A DNA stretch of 64,000 bases from Ktedonobacteraceae bacterium (GCA_013695595.1 JACDAE010000804.1:2764-66763); one strand, 5' to 3'; counted from the first letter of the stretch, positions 9,112-17,995 are shown. Notes: generated by a model not told the origin, from the sequence alone. Numbers and translations: made by a program.

Positions 9112-9441
9112 ATGAACCAGGACGAAATTCGTGTCTATATCAACGCACAGAAACAGATCCTCCGAAGCCGCGCCGCCGAACGCCCGGAATTGTTTGATCT
9201 GCTCGATATCCAGTATGCCATCTGGCTTGCTATTGAGGAGGCCTTGAGCAACCCAGCGATCCCTGGGGATCTCAACCTGCTGGTTGCACGCCACGTTGCA
9301 GAAGAGTTGCTGGAGGAGTGCCATGAAGCAGGTCGCTCGGTATACCAGGACTTCCTCAAAGTAAGCCAGGTTGAGGCAGATCGTATTATGGAACACTTGT
9401 CTATAGAAAGGGGAGAAGGTAATGAAAAAGGGGTGATATAG
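9112..9441 (+). CDS. hypothetical protein
   Basis: 109-aa ORF bracketed by R1 and R2. Confidence 0.5.
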   Translation: MNQDEIRVYINAQKQILRSRAAERPELFDLLDIQYAIWLAIEEALSNPAIPGDLNLLVARHVAEELLEECHEAGRSVYQDFLKVSQVEADRIMEHLSIERGEGNEKGVI

Positions 9442-9469
9442 CTATAGGTATACCTATAGCTATATCACC
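9432..9469. repeat. R-repeat 2: 38-bp perfect palindrome
   Basis: GGTGATATAGCTATAGGTA|TACCTATAGCTATATCACC between convergent genes. Confidence 0.8.
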
Positions 9470-10400
9470 TTATCGAGGCACGGGCATCATATTTACGTTC
9501 ACACGATACACATGACGTAGAGCTGGGCGTTTCAGAAGGCAGGTGACGGTATCGTCCCAAAAATCGGTTAGTCGGGGTGGATGAAGACCAAGGAGGGTTC
9601 CTAAATCGAGCATTCCTGGTTTCAATCCAATTGAGGCCGAATTCTCTGTCTCAACAAGGATGCAGGGAACGGTATCAAGGCCGTTGGAGAGGAAATCGGC
9701 TGCTCGCGTATAGCCGTTCTGTAAATATATAACGGTCCTGATAATGAACGACTGTAAGGTCATTCGGTACTCTTAGCAAAGAGAATGACAAAAGTTGCAT
9801 TTTCAGGGGAGATGAGGCTGAGTTATACTGGAGTTGAGAGTCGATCCTTGGTGCCGTATCAGGAACGAAGTGCCAGGGCAAAACTCGAATGTTTGGATCA
9901 AGAGTGGAGATTGTAAAACCGGACTCGTCGCGGTCAATTGTTATTTCATCATCGGATACATCACGATGAGGGGGAAAGCAAAGCTCGTAGAGGCGTTCAT
10001 TATTCAGTGACTCTGGTTGCCAGGCTTCAAAATGGTCTACTCGAACAAGCGGTTGAAAGGCAAGAACCTCTTTCAGGTTTACCAATGCAATACGACAATT
10101 TCCTCCTGTTCTCGCCATCTCTTTTTCTATATAGGCATATTCTGGTCGCTCTTTGATGATTCTCACAAGCTGATTTTCATCTATCTCAGAAATTGGATTC
10201 ACTGATGTGAAAGCCGGGCGTGAGGTGACGTGCGTTTGAGCGGCACTCACGGCTTGTAAATGTTGCTCAGGTGTAGCAGAAATGAGGGATGATCGTGCCT
10301 GTATTGACCATTGTTCGTTGGTCCACCCAATAAGTACCTTGAAGGTTTCTTCTGGTACGCTTGCATTGGGCGAAGGCTCTGTTTTAGATACAGTAGTCAT
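9470..10400 (-). pseudogene. possibly frameshifted gene (ORFs 9675..10400 and 9470..9763)
   Basis: Two co-directional overlapping ORFs; frames meet at a TATATATTT run near 9720; downstream part has LQNGYTRAADFLSNGLDTVP (ParB/Srx-like DG.HR pattern, weak). Confidence 0.4.
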
Positions 10401-10506
10401 TGTGTACTCCGGGTGATGTGTTTTACTACTTCATCATGTTCTAGTATCTACTAAAGAGCATCATGCTGAGGGTGACTATAGCATGATTGAATAATAAAAG
10501 CAAGCG

Positions 10507-10561
10507 TTTTGGTACAAGATGTTGATTTCTCTAATTTTTTTGGCACAAGATGTTGATTTCT
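10507..10561. repeat. two 24-bp direct repeats TTTTGG(T/C)ACAAGATGTTGATTTCT, 30-bp period
   Basis: 10507-10530 and 10537-10561, 1 mismatch, intergenic. Confidence 0.75.
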
Positions 10562-10825
10562 TTATCTTTTTCTGTTGAAAGGTCATAACCTCCAGTGCAG
10601 TTCTTCTTCGTCAGCAAAAATCAGATGGAATGAGTGAATAGTATCTGGTAAATTAAGTGATGGGCTGACCAATTTTGCATCAAGCCATCTCCTTATCCCG
10701 CGCCAAATCTGGTCTCCTTTCAATGAGAGTTGTAAATACGAAGCCCTTGTACTCTGCAAATATACTATAAAGTGAAGGAAGGACACCTCGCCGAAAAAAG
10801 AGAGCAGTTACAAGTGAGGTGTGTT

Positions 10826-11125
10826 ATGTCTCTGGAATTGAATATACAACAACTTCTTCCGTACATTCAGACGATAGAGCAATTGCTCCTTGATGCCTGG
10901 AGAATAGGCAACACCACGCCCGAAAAACCGAAACAAGCCATTATCGAATTTGCGTACCAGATTTATACTCATGCTCAACCTCCACTACGTCGCGATCTTC
11001 CTGAAAAGGCTGAGATCATTCTTATGGAAAACTTTCTCCTCGATGAGTACCCATTTTCGTCGAATTTCCCATTTACCCGTGAGCAAATGCGCCAGGCGAT
11101 CCAAGCTGAAGGAGGAACATATTAG
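10826..11125 (+). CDS. hypothetical protein
   Basis: ORF 10772..11125; ATG 10826 preceded by GAGGTG. Confidence 0.5.
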   Translation: MSLELNIQQLLPYIQTIEQLLLDAWRIGNTTPEKPKQAIIEFAYQIYTHAQPPLRRDLPEKAEIILMENFLLDEYPFSSNFPFTREQMRQAIQAEGGTY

Positions 11126-11324
11126 AAGGTTCCATAGATATGTTGCCTGAGAAACGTTCCATTCTCTGCGATACAACCAGCTCTATGACTAAGGTGTATG
11201 CGAGGCCAATTTACAATGCGCTGAAGGAAGAAGCAGATGGAGAGCGGTATTGCTTGGATGATAAACGCTGATTTCCATCCTTCGATGCAAAATCGGTCAG
11301 CCCGTCACTGAATTACCAGTATCC

Positions 11325-11353
11325 TTGACATTCTAGTGTAAATCTGTTATTTT
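11325..11353 (+). promoter_or_regulatory. promoter P3 (TTGACA-17-TATTTT)
   Basis: 26 nt identical to P2. Confidence 0.55.
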
Positions 11354-11360
11354 TTTCTTT

Positions 11361-11400
11361 ACAGGTATAGGTATACCTTGACTCTACCTATACCTATAGT
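11361..11400. repeat. R-repeat 3
   Basis: ACAGGTATAGGTATACCTTGACTCTACCTATACCTATAGT. Confidence 0.7.
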
Positions 11401-11515
11401 CCGTTGCATAGTCCTCTGGCTACAAGAAATATTTCAGCCAGAGGATGGCAAACAGGCGTATATAGCTAGAGTCAAAATATACCTGGAGCTTCTCCCTGCT
11501 ATGCCGTAGTGTGCA

Positions 11516-11538
11516 TACAGAAACGAGCGTTTTTCTAT
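11516..11538. promoter_or_regulatory. S-site 4
   Basis: TACAGAAACGAGCGTTTTTCTAT. Confidence 0.6.
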
Positions 11539-11570
11539 CAGAGCAGAAAACAAGCAAGAGGTAATGAGGA

Positions 11571-11607
11571 ACTATAGCTATACCTAGGGTCTACCTATAG
11601 CTATAGT
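11571..11607. repeat. R-repeat 4
   Basis: ACTATAGCTATA-13 nt-TATAGCTATAGT, 12-bp perfect arms. Confidence 0.7.
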
Positions 11608-11621
11608 ATGAGGTCAGAGAG

Positions 11622-12311
11622 ATGAGCAAATACATTGTGTACCAGCAGGGAAGCATCTTCGAGGCGAACGCTCAGGTGATCGTGAACCCCGTGAATTGCC
11701 AGAGTGTAATGAGTAAGGGCCTGGCCGCTGAGTTCAAGCAGCGCTATCCAGCCATGTTTCCGATCTACCAGCGTGACTGCAAGGACAGGCGGCTCCGCGT
11801 TGGTCGGCCAACCCTCTATCAGGACAGCACGCCCTGGGTGCTGAATTTCCCCACAAAAGATGACTGGCGCAAGCCCTCCACATTGGAGATTATTGAGGCG
11901 GGCCTGCAATATCTGCTCGCGCATTACCAGCAGGTGCCAATGACCAGCATTGCCTTCCCCAAGCTTGGAACGGGCGAAGGAGGTCTCTCCTGGGATGAGG
12001 TCGGATCATTGATGGTGCAGTACCTCACCCAGATGGAAATTCCAACCACGATCTACATCGAGGCAGAGGATGTACGCTACCAGCTCGCTGGAGAGGTACC
12101 CTCACTCCAGGTCGGGGCCACGTTTAAAGAGATCGATCCCCTCTTTACGGTGCTGCAAGGGCTGCCCGCACAAATTTGTCTGGTGCGTGATGACCGTTAT
12201 AACCCGGTGGTGTACTACTACATCTGCGTGAACCGTGTTGTACAGGTGGTACTGGCACAGGAAGAATGGGCAGTCATGCTCTATAAAAACATTAAGGCGA
12301 GCTTCTCGTAG
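11622..12311 (+). CDS. macro-domain (ADP-ribose binding/hydrolase) protein
   Basis: VIVNPVNC..GLAAEFKQRYP ... NFPTKDDWRKPS ... IAFPKLGTGEGGLSW are macro-domain hallmarks. Confidence 0.75.
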   Translation: MSKYIVYQQGSIFEANAQVIVNPVNCQSVMSKGLAAEFKQRYPAMFPIYQRDCKDRRLRVGRPTLYQDSTPWVLNFPTKDDWRKPSTLEIIEAGLQYLLAHYQQVPMTSIAFPKLGTGEGGLSWDEVGSLMVQYLTQMEIPTTIYIEAEDVRYQLAGEVPSLQVGATFKEIDPLFTVLQGLPAQICLVRDDRYNPVVYYYICVNRVVQVVLAQEEWAVMLYKNIKASFS

Positions 12312-12315
12312 GGTG

Positions 12316-12350
12316 TTATAGGTATAGGTAGACTCTACCTATACCTATAG
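12316..12350. repeat. R-repeat 5
   Basis: TATAGGTATAGGTA-GACTC-TACCTATACCTATA. Confidence 0.75.
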
Positions 12351-12370
12351 ATTAAGGAAAGAGGACCCCA

Positions 12371-12676
12371 ATGCATACCCGACTGAACACACTTGAGGGG
12401 CCGCTGCCCTTTCTACTGCGCTACATGGATGATGAATTGTGGAACAAAGAGCTAGCACGTTGCCAGGGGGTCGCCGAGGCTATTGACCCTGCCGAAGTGG
12501 AATTGTGCCGTGATGCTGGGACGCTGGCAGGAGCTAAAAGCATCCGGCGTGCATTAGAGCGGCAGGGCCACGGGTCCGTCAGAGTTTACCGACGGGTAAA
12601 CCTGCGCGATATGACGCCCAGCGATGTCACCTGGAAAAAAGTGTGGGAATGGGATGAGGACCTGGTGGATGATTAG
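12371..12676 (+). CDS. hypothetical protein
   Basis: 101-aa ORF with SD, bracketed by R5 and R6. Confidence 0.55.
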   Translation: MHTRLNTLEGPLPFLLRYMDDELWNKELARCQGVAEAIDPAEVELCRDAGTLAGAKSIRRALERQGHGSVRVYRRVNLRDMTPSDVTWKKVWEWDEDLVDD

Positions 12677-12711
12677 CTATAGGTAGAGTCTACCTATAGC
12701 TATAGTTTTTT
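12675..12711 (+). terminator. R-repeat 6, terminator-like (13-bp arms + T-run)
   Basis: AGCTATAGGTAGA-G-TCTACCTATAGCT then ATAGTTTTTT. Confidence 0.55.
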
Positions 12712-12727
12712 ATACGAATGGGCATGT

Positions 12728-12750
12728 TACAAAAACATACGTTTTTATAT
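12728..12750. promoter_or_regulatory. S-site 5
   Basis: TACAAAAACATACGTTTTTATAT, 17 bp before ATG 12767. Confidence 0.55.
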
Positions 12751-12766
12751 GAGGAATGAGCACGTT

Positions 12767-13909
12767 ATGATTGTGGTTGATGAGATACGAACATATCCCC
12801 CTGAAGCAATTAAGCCAGCCGCACGCAAATATGGCAACCGATGGTGCCACCTGATGACCGATGGAAGCAAAGAAGAGTTGCATGCCTTTGCGGCGAAACT
12901 TGGACTCTCCAGGTCGTCATACCAGGAGCATACCACGCTCTGGCATTATGATCTGGTGCCTAGCAAAAGACAGCAGGCGCTTCGCTTGGGAGCGCAGGAG
13001 GTTCCCGCCGCCGAGTGGCTCAAGGGGGCATGGCTCCAGGAGCGTATTGCGCAGGGACAACAAAAAAGACGGCAGCAGATGATCACGGAACAGATACGAG
13101 CATTGATCGATCCCTACGACCGCTATCCTCTGGACTGTGACGGCTTTATCAAGCTCGCGCACACTGCACTGGTAAAAGCAGAGATTGTCCATCAGGTTCA
13201 TGCAGGCCAGGTGATCTATACACCGACTGGCACCGCTACGCCGCCACACTTCTGGATTACGTTGGAGACGGAGCAGCAGGGTCACATGATACTCGACTAT
13301 CGCGCTCGCTTGTGGCTTAGAGGGCAATCAGATGAGGTGCCACATGGTGTCTTTCAACCAAGTCGCTATCCCCAGGTCTGTTATCAGGGGGAGCCGTGTG
13401 ATCTGGCACCCATCAGCGAGCGCGAGATTGCCATTTTGACTGCGATCCCCTATGGAGTCCTCTACCCGGTTGGCTACACGACCCCCGGCGTCGATGACTA
13501 CTTTGATGCTCTGATGATACAGGAGCAAGCTGTTGTTGTCGAGGGACGCTTTACGCCCTATGCACGAGGGCGGACGCGGTGGTGTCGGCAAGGACAGGAA
13601 GGACTGGCCGCAACCTGGAAAGAGCGCTACTATTACTTCTCTGAGCGAACAGTCAATGGGAGCGGGAGCAATGACAACTGGCTGGGCAACGAGAATTATA
13701 AGAACGGCGGTCCTATCAAGATCGTTCACCTCGAATTGGGTCTGGCGCAGCTTTACCAGATTCTTGTGATGGGGAAAAGCGTTGCATTGATCTGCATGTG
13801 TGCTACTAGGCACGAAGGTGATTATGCGCCGTGGAAATGCCATCTCAGGTACATTGTTGACGCACTTCACTACGTGGCACCTGGTCTACCCATCCAGTTC
13901 CAACCGTGA
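12767..13909 (+). CDS. DUF4031-domain fusion protein
   Basis: MIVVDEIRTYP...RWCHLMTDGSKEELHAFAAKLGL...HYDLVPSKRQQALRLGA matches recalled DUF4031; C-terminal LICMCATRHEG...CHLRYIVDAL weakly DUF488-like. Confidence 0.65.
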   Translation: MIVVDEIRTYPPEAIKPAARKYGNRWCHLMTDGSKEELHAFAAKLGLSRSSYQEHTTLWHYDLVPSKRQQALRLGAQEVPAAEWLKGAWLQERIAQGQQKRRQQMITEQIRALIDPYDRYPLDCDGFIKLAHTALVKAEIVHQVHAGQVIYTPTGTATPPHFWITLETEQQGHMILDYRARLWLRGQSDEVPHGVFQPSRYPQVCYQGEPCDLAPISEREIAILTAIPYGVLYPVGYTTPGVDDYFDALMIQEQAVVVEGRFTPYARGRTRWCRQGQEGLAATWKERYYYFSERTVNGSGSNDNWLGNENYKNGGPIKIVHLELGLAQLYQILVMGKSVALICMCATRHEGDYAPWKCHLRYIVDALHYVAPGLPIQFQP

Positions 13910-13985
13910 ACGGCTCACAAAAGTCCTTCAAAACCTGAGGCAACAGCCACCGTTTCTGATATAATAATTCGTAGAGAGCTTTGGT

Positions 13986-14024
13986 GTAGGTAGGCGCTAC
14001 TTATACCTATACCTATAGGTAATA
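13986..14024. repeat. R-repeat 7
   Basis: ...CTTATACCTATACCTATAGGTAAT upstream of parA. Confidence 0.65.
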
Positions 14025-14042
14025 GAAAAGGAGCGTACAGCT

Positions 14043-14864
14043 ATGTTATTTCCTTCATTAGAAGATGCCCAGTCTCAGGAAAATATCCTTGCCATTGGGA
14101 TGCAGAAGGGTGGGGTGGGTAAAACGCTTACAGCAGTCAACTGCGCGGCGGCGGCGGCGCGGAAAAAACTACACGTTCTGCTCGTTGATATGGACCCCCA
14201 GGCCAGTCTGACGTTGTACTTCAAACATATCCTGAAATCGCCCGTCAAGCAGACTATGTATAACTTATTAGTCGAAGGGGCAGCCGTTGAGCCAATTCGC
14301 TTGAATAAGTACATCAGTCTCTTACCAGCAAATATTGATCTAGCAGCGGTGAACCAACTTTTTGCAATCTTGCTTGCAACAAAAACCTTGCCCAATCGAG
14401 TCCTTGCCCGTTATCTTGCTCCTTACGCTCAACAGGCTGATCTGGTTATCATCGATTGTCCTCCTTCTCTTGACCCATTAACTATCAATGGCCTGGGTGC
14501 AGCCAGGCGGGTTATAGTGCCGGTCTCCTGTGAAGAGATGGCGGAAGATGCAGTCCCGAAAATTATCCAGACCATCAAAGGGCTCCGGCGTGATGAGGCC
14601 ATGGGAGCCAATCCTCAGTTAGAAGTGCGTTGTATTCTACCGACACAGTATAACTCACGTGGCAGCTCCTCTCCTCGTATTTTGCAGCATATCAAGGACC
14701 ATTACGGCAAAGAATATTATATCTATCCAGAGCCAGTTCTTCGCCGAGAAGCCTATCAGCACGCAGTCAGCGAAAGTGTAGATGTTGGCGCAAAGGATGG
14801 CGAACTGGGAGCTTATTGGGATACATTTGTAGAAAGCATGATCCTACAAAGAAAGGTTGCTTAA
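14043..14864 (+). CDS. parA: ParA/Soj-family partition ATPase
   Basis: Deviant Walker A MQKGGVGKT, LLVDMDPQASLT, IIDCPPSL. Confidence 0.85.
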   Translation: MLFPSLEDAQSQENILAIGMQKGGVGKTLTAVNCAAAAARKKLHVLLVDMDPQASLTLYFKHILKSPVKQTMYNLLVEGAAVEPIRLNKYISLLPANIDLAAVNQLFAILLATKTLPNRVLARYLAPYAQQADLVIIDCPPSLDPLTINGLGAARRVIVPVSCEEMAEDAVPKIIQTIKGLRRDEAMGANPQLEVRCILPTQYNSRGSSSPRILQHIKDHYGKEYYIYPEPVLRREAYQHAVSESVDVGAKDGELGAYWDTFVESMILQRKVA

Positions 14865-15323
14865 ATGACAGAAGAGACAACAATCACTGAAAAGCCAGGC
14901 AAGACGGGTCGTGGTGGATCTAAGCCCAAACGAGATGATAGTATTTGGAAAGAAGAGGATGGGGATGAAGAGCCGAATTCGCGCTACGCAGCGGCGCTGA
15001 GAGCAGTGCGAGAGCAAACTGGCAGTGGCGAGGTGACAAATGCAACGGCCTCACCTACGGCAGAGAGAGAAGATCTGACCAGAGCACCAGCAGAACGTGA
15101 AGTTGGAGGCACGCCTTTCAAGGATGCGTATCTCACCAAAAGTGTCCACTTCATTCCTGAAGTATGGACGGCGTTCAAAGATCTCCGGCCAGCAACCAGC
15201 AAATCGTTGACGAAATTGCAAAATGAGGCAATGGCGTGGCTCCTCGTCAAATATGGGGCCATGACACCTGAATTGCAAAAGCTGTTTGATGAATTTCGCA
15301 TTGAGGTTCCACCGTCTAAATGA
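14865..15323 (+). CDS. putative centromere-binding partner (ribbon-helix-helix-like C-terminus)
   Basis: ATG abuts parA stop; disordered charged N-terminus, C-terminal KSVHFIPEVWTAFKDL...LQNEAMAWLL RHH-like. Confidence 0.5.
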   Translation: MTEETTITEKPGKTGRGGSKPKRDDSIWKEEDGDEEPNSRYAAALRAVREQTGSGEVTNATASPTAEREDLTRAPAEREVGGTPFKDAYLTKSVHFIPEVWTAFKDLRPATSKSLTKLQNEAMAWLLVKYGAMTPELQKLFDEFRIEVPPSK

Positions 15324-15368
15324 GGTATAGCTATACCTACAGGCATACGTATAAGTAGAGGTGCTACC
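15322..15368. repeat. R-repeat 8 (degenerate)
   Basis: GAGGTATAGCTATACCTACAGGCATACGTATAAGTAGAGG. Confidence 0.55.
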
Positions 15369-15373
15369 AGCCT

Positions 15374-15730
15374 ATGGCCAGATATTTCGACGCGTACCAG
15401 TTTGCTGCCATGGTCAAGTCTAAGCGAGGGGAGCGTGGGTTACGAGAGGTTGCCTCAGAGATCGGGTCGGTTAGCATCTCGACGCTTTCACGTATTGAGA
15501 ATGAACACATTCCCGATCTTGAAACCTTCTTTTTGCTGTGTGATTGGCTTTGTCTTCCCCCACGCCTCTTTCTGAAGGATACTCAGGAGAAGGAAGAGGC
15601 TGGCAGCACCATAGAACGGATTGCCGCGCTCCTGCGTGCTGATGGCATGTTGGAGGCGTGGCGGGCTGAGGCGCTGATAGCGATGCTGGAAGCCGCCTAT
15701 CTTGCCGTTACCCCCTACAAGAAGAAATAG
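15374..15730 (+). CDS. XRE-family helix-turn-helix regulator
   Basis: LREVASEIGSVSISTLSRIENEH HTH_3 pattern; stop codon lies inside S-site 6. Confidence 0.7.
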   Translation: MARYFDAYQFAAMVKSKRGERGLREVASEIGSVSISTLSRIENEHIPDLETFFLLCDWLCLPPRLFLKDTQEKEEAGSTIERIAALLRADGMLEAWRAEALIAMLEAAYLAVTPYKKK

Positions 15731-15750
15731 AAAAACGCACGTTTTTGTAT
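15728..15750. promoter_or_regulatory. S-site 6
   Basis: TAGAAAAACGCACGTTTTTGTAT. Confidence 0.6.
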
Positions 15751-15933
15751 CGTGGTTGACGGTACTGATTATCTCTCTCGTTAACGGTCGTCACCGTTAC
15801 TACCGTCAAAAGATCGCGAGTTGAGAGTTGCTAGAAGAAAGATGACGATATTGAAGAGAAGTACCGTCACTGGTATACTAGAGGGAACGGGAGTGGCGCG
15901 AGAAAGCTCCTGAGTAGAAAAGAGGAGATCCCT

Positions 15934-17172
15934 ATGGATAACATCCCCGCCGAGCAACGCAAGGCCCAGCAGGAGGCTGGAAAAAAAGACCTGATCAAGT
16001 ATGTAGAGGAACTGGCAGGCCCAGAAGAGTACCCAGAGGGTGACGCCTGGATCTCGCTGACTGATGCTGCCCGTGTCACCCGAACCAGCGAGGCGATGGC
16101 CCGGCGCTGGGTGACATCTGGGCGACTCAGGGTCAAGGAAGAACCGGTGGGTGTGCCTCCCCGCACGCGCCTGGTACGGCTTTCAGATGTCGCCAAAATT
16201 CGTCCGATTGTTGATCCCACCGCCGCTATTACTGGTGAGGTGCGCAAACTCGATCTGGCCAGTATTCCGCGTCAGCAACTTCAGATCATGGAGGATCATC
16301 AGCGTCTCTTGCTGACGATTGGTGCACTTCAAAGTGGAGTAGATGAATTCTCAACAGAGATCCGTGATCGTTTACGCCGGGAGCTTGACGAGTTGGAAAA
16401 GCGACTCAATAGCAGACAGGATCGCGTGAGTGCTGCTCTTGAGCAACAGTTTACAGAGATAGAGAAAAGCCTGAAAGTAGTGTTGACTGACTTAGCTGAC
16501 CAACTCACCCGGCAGGATCAGGAGCAGCAGCACCGTCTGCAAGAAGCTAGCACCCGTCTCCAGGAGGCCAGCGAACACCTCGAACTGGCACAAAAAGAGC
16601 AGCAAAAGCATATCGACAACCTTTATCGGGAGAAAGATGCGCTGCTCAGAATGCATATCAATGATACTAAAGCGATCCGTCTGGATCTGACAACGGAAGG
16701 GCAGGCCCGTGAGCAGCTTCAGCGTGATCTCGCAGGAGCCGAAAAACGGCAGCAGGAGGCTCTGGAAGGACAGGTACATGCGCTCCAGCAGCTTCTTGAA
16801 CAGCAAGGAGGGCAATTACAGGTCCAGCTAGAAACCTTAGAGCGTGATCAGGCAAGAGATGTTGCCGCACTTACTACCCAGCTTGATGCTCTTGAAGAGA
16901 GACGAGAACGGATGGATGCTGCAATTAGTAACGTCAAGGCGATTGCAGAGAGTGGCCAGCATCGGATCATTGCACAGGAGCGACGTATGGATACGCTTCA
17001 GTACGACCTTGAGCAGGAGCGAGAGACCCGACGCGTGCTTACCCAGCAGCTAGAGTCCGAGCAAAAAGAGCGGGGAGTACTGGCCCAAAGACTCCAGATC
17101 CTGGTCAAAGATGTGAACTCGCTGCACGTTGGCCAGCAAGAAAAGCCCGGCGTCAAGCAGAAAAAGGTATAA
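15934..17172 (+). CDS. HTH (MerR/excisionase-like) plus long coiled-coil protein
   Basis: ISLTDAARVTRTSEAMARRWVTSGRL then about 300 aa of Q/E/L-rich coiled coil. Confidence 0.6.
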   Translation: MDNIPAEQRKAQQEAGKKDLIKYVEELAGPEEYPEGDAWISLTDAARVTRTSEAMARRWVTSGRLRVKEEPVGVPPRTRLVRLSDVAKIRPIVDPTAAITGEVRKLDLASIPRQQLQIMEDHQRLLLTIGALQSGVDEFSTEIRDRLRRELDELEKRLNSRQDRVSAALEQQFTEIEKSLKVVLTDLADQLTRQDQEQQHRLQEASTRLQEASEHLELAQKEQQKHIDNLYREKDALLRMHINDTKAIRLDLTTEGQAREQLQRDLAGAEKRQQEALEGQVHALQQLLEQQGGQLQVQLETLERDQARDVAALTTQLDALEERRERMDAAISNVKAIAESGQHRIIAQERRMDTLQYDLEQERETRRVLTQQLESEQKERGVLAQRLQILVKDVNSLHVGQQEKPGVKQKKV

Positions 17173-17190
17173 GTATAGCTATACCTTTTT
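17161..17190 (+). terminator. R-repeat 9, hairpin AAAAAGGTATA...TATACCTTTTT
   Basis: 11-bp arms overlapping stop codon 17170-17172. Confidence 0.5.
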
Positions 17191-17196
17191 CTGCTT

Positions 17197-17219
17197 TATA
17201 GGAACGTACGTTTTTCTAT
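17197..17219. promoter_or_regulatory. S-site 7
   Basis: TATAGGAACGTACGTTTTTCTAT at convergent junction. Confidence 0.55.
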
Positions 17220-17271
17220 TAAAGAGGACTATGGCGCAGCGCAAGACACCTGTTTGCGTTGCTGTAGTGGC

Positions 17272-17502
17272 TCATGATGGCGTACTTCCATCCATTACGG
17301 CGACGATTATTGGTAAAGCAGCGTCTTTCCCAATGATCTCGATGAGTCGTGCAGAGGCATTTTGTGTACGCTCCATACGAGCACTGATAATTTCGTGACG
17401 CGCAGTGCCGCTTGCATAGCCATATAAGCCCTGCATGGCTGCATTGTATTCTGCCTCGATACATGCGATAAGTGTAGCGACTTCACTTTGCTGTGCTGAC
17501 AT
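17272..17502 (-). CDS. hypothetical protein
   Basis: 76-aa ORF, co-directional with neighbours. Confidence 0.4.
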   Translation of the reverse strand: MSAQQSEVATLIACIEAEYNAAMQGLYGYASGTARHEIISARMERTQNASARLIEIIGKDAALPIIVAVMDGSTPS

Positions 17503-17803
17503 GATAATCTCCTGGGTGCAATCCCCCTAATCGACGGATATGGACGTTTTCATCGACAATTGTTGTGGTAATGTGCAGCCAGTAAGAGAACTGGCGACAA
17601 GAGTCGATGCCTGCTTGACGCTGCTCGACGGTTGGGTGTTCTATGCCATGACTGGCAAGGTGCGCGTCCAGGTACCGCAAAAACGTGACCATATCCATCC
17701 AAATGAGCAAAATACCGCCTTCCGGCAGCTCTTGCTCCCCTTGCCAGCGACAACAGATTGAGCTGTACTCCAGGAGCGAGACAAACGCCTTCTGGCCTCC
17801 CAT
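17483..17803 (-). CDS. hypothetical protein
   Basis: 106-aa ORF, overlaps start of next ORF by 20 nt. Confidence 0.4.
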   Translation of the reverse strand: MGGQKAFVSLLEYSSICCRWQGEQELPEGGILLIWMDMVTFLRYLDAHLASHGIEHPTVEQRQAGIDSCRQFSYWLHITTTIVDENVHIRRLGGLHPGDYHVSTAK

Positions 17804-17836
17804 ACAAGCACCCCCTTTCCCCTACTATCCTAAAGA

Positions 17837-17995
17837 TTATCTCAGGCCATGTGACTCAAGAACCGCATAATAAATAGTTGATGTGAGTCGCATTATCTGA
17901 GAGATCAATGCTACCAAGAGAAGTATAGCGGGAAAGAGGGGCAGAAGTACATCTTGTTTTTCATCGTTTTTCATCGTTTTGTGGGTATAATTCAT
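17837..17995 (-). CDS. candidate small ORF (52 aa) with signal-peptide-like hydrophobic core
   Basis: Hand-translated MNYTHKTMKNDEKQDVLLPLFPAILLLVALISQIMRLTSTIYYAVLESHGLR; 55 bp downstream of XRE-TPR gene; weak SD. Confidence 0.3.
   Translation of the reverse strand: MNYTHKTMKNDEKQDVLLPLFPAILLLVALISQIMRLTSTIYYAVLESHGLR

Noticed and set aside
9060-17190. TATAGG-type repeats as a CRISPR array
   Set aside because: Spacing is irregular (0.1-1.6 kb), with full genes between copies. The repeat sequences vary and are themselves palindromes. No cas genes are present.
9060-17190. TATAGG-type repeats as integron attC sites
   Set aside because: The cassette-like layout is suggestive. However, I see no RYYYAAC/GTTRRRY core sites, no adjacent intI/attI, and most cassettes have their own promoters or S-sites. 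The idea is kept only as a remote possibility.
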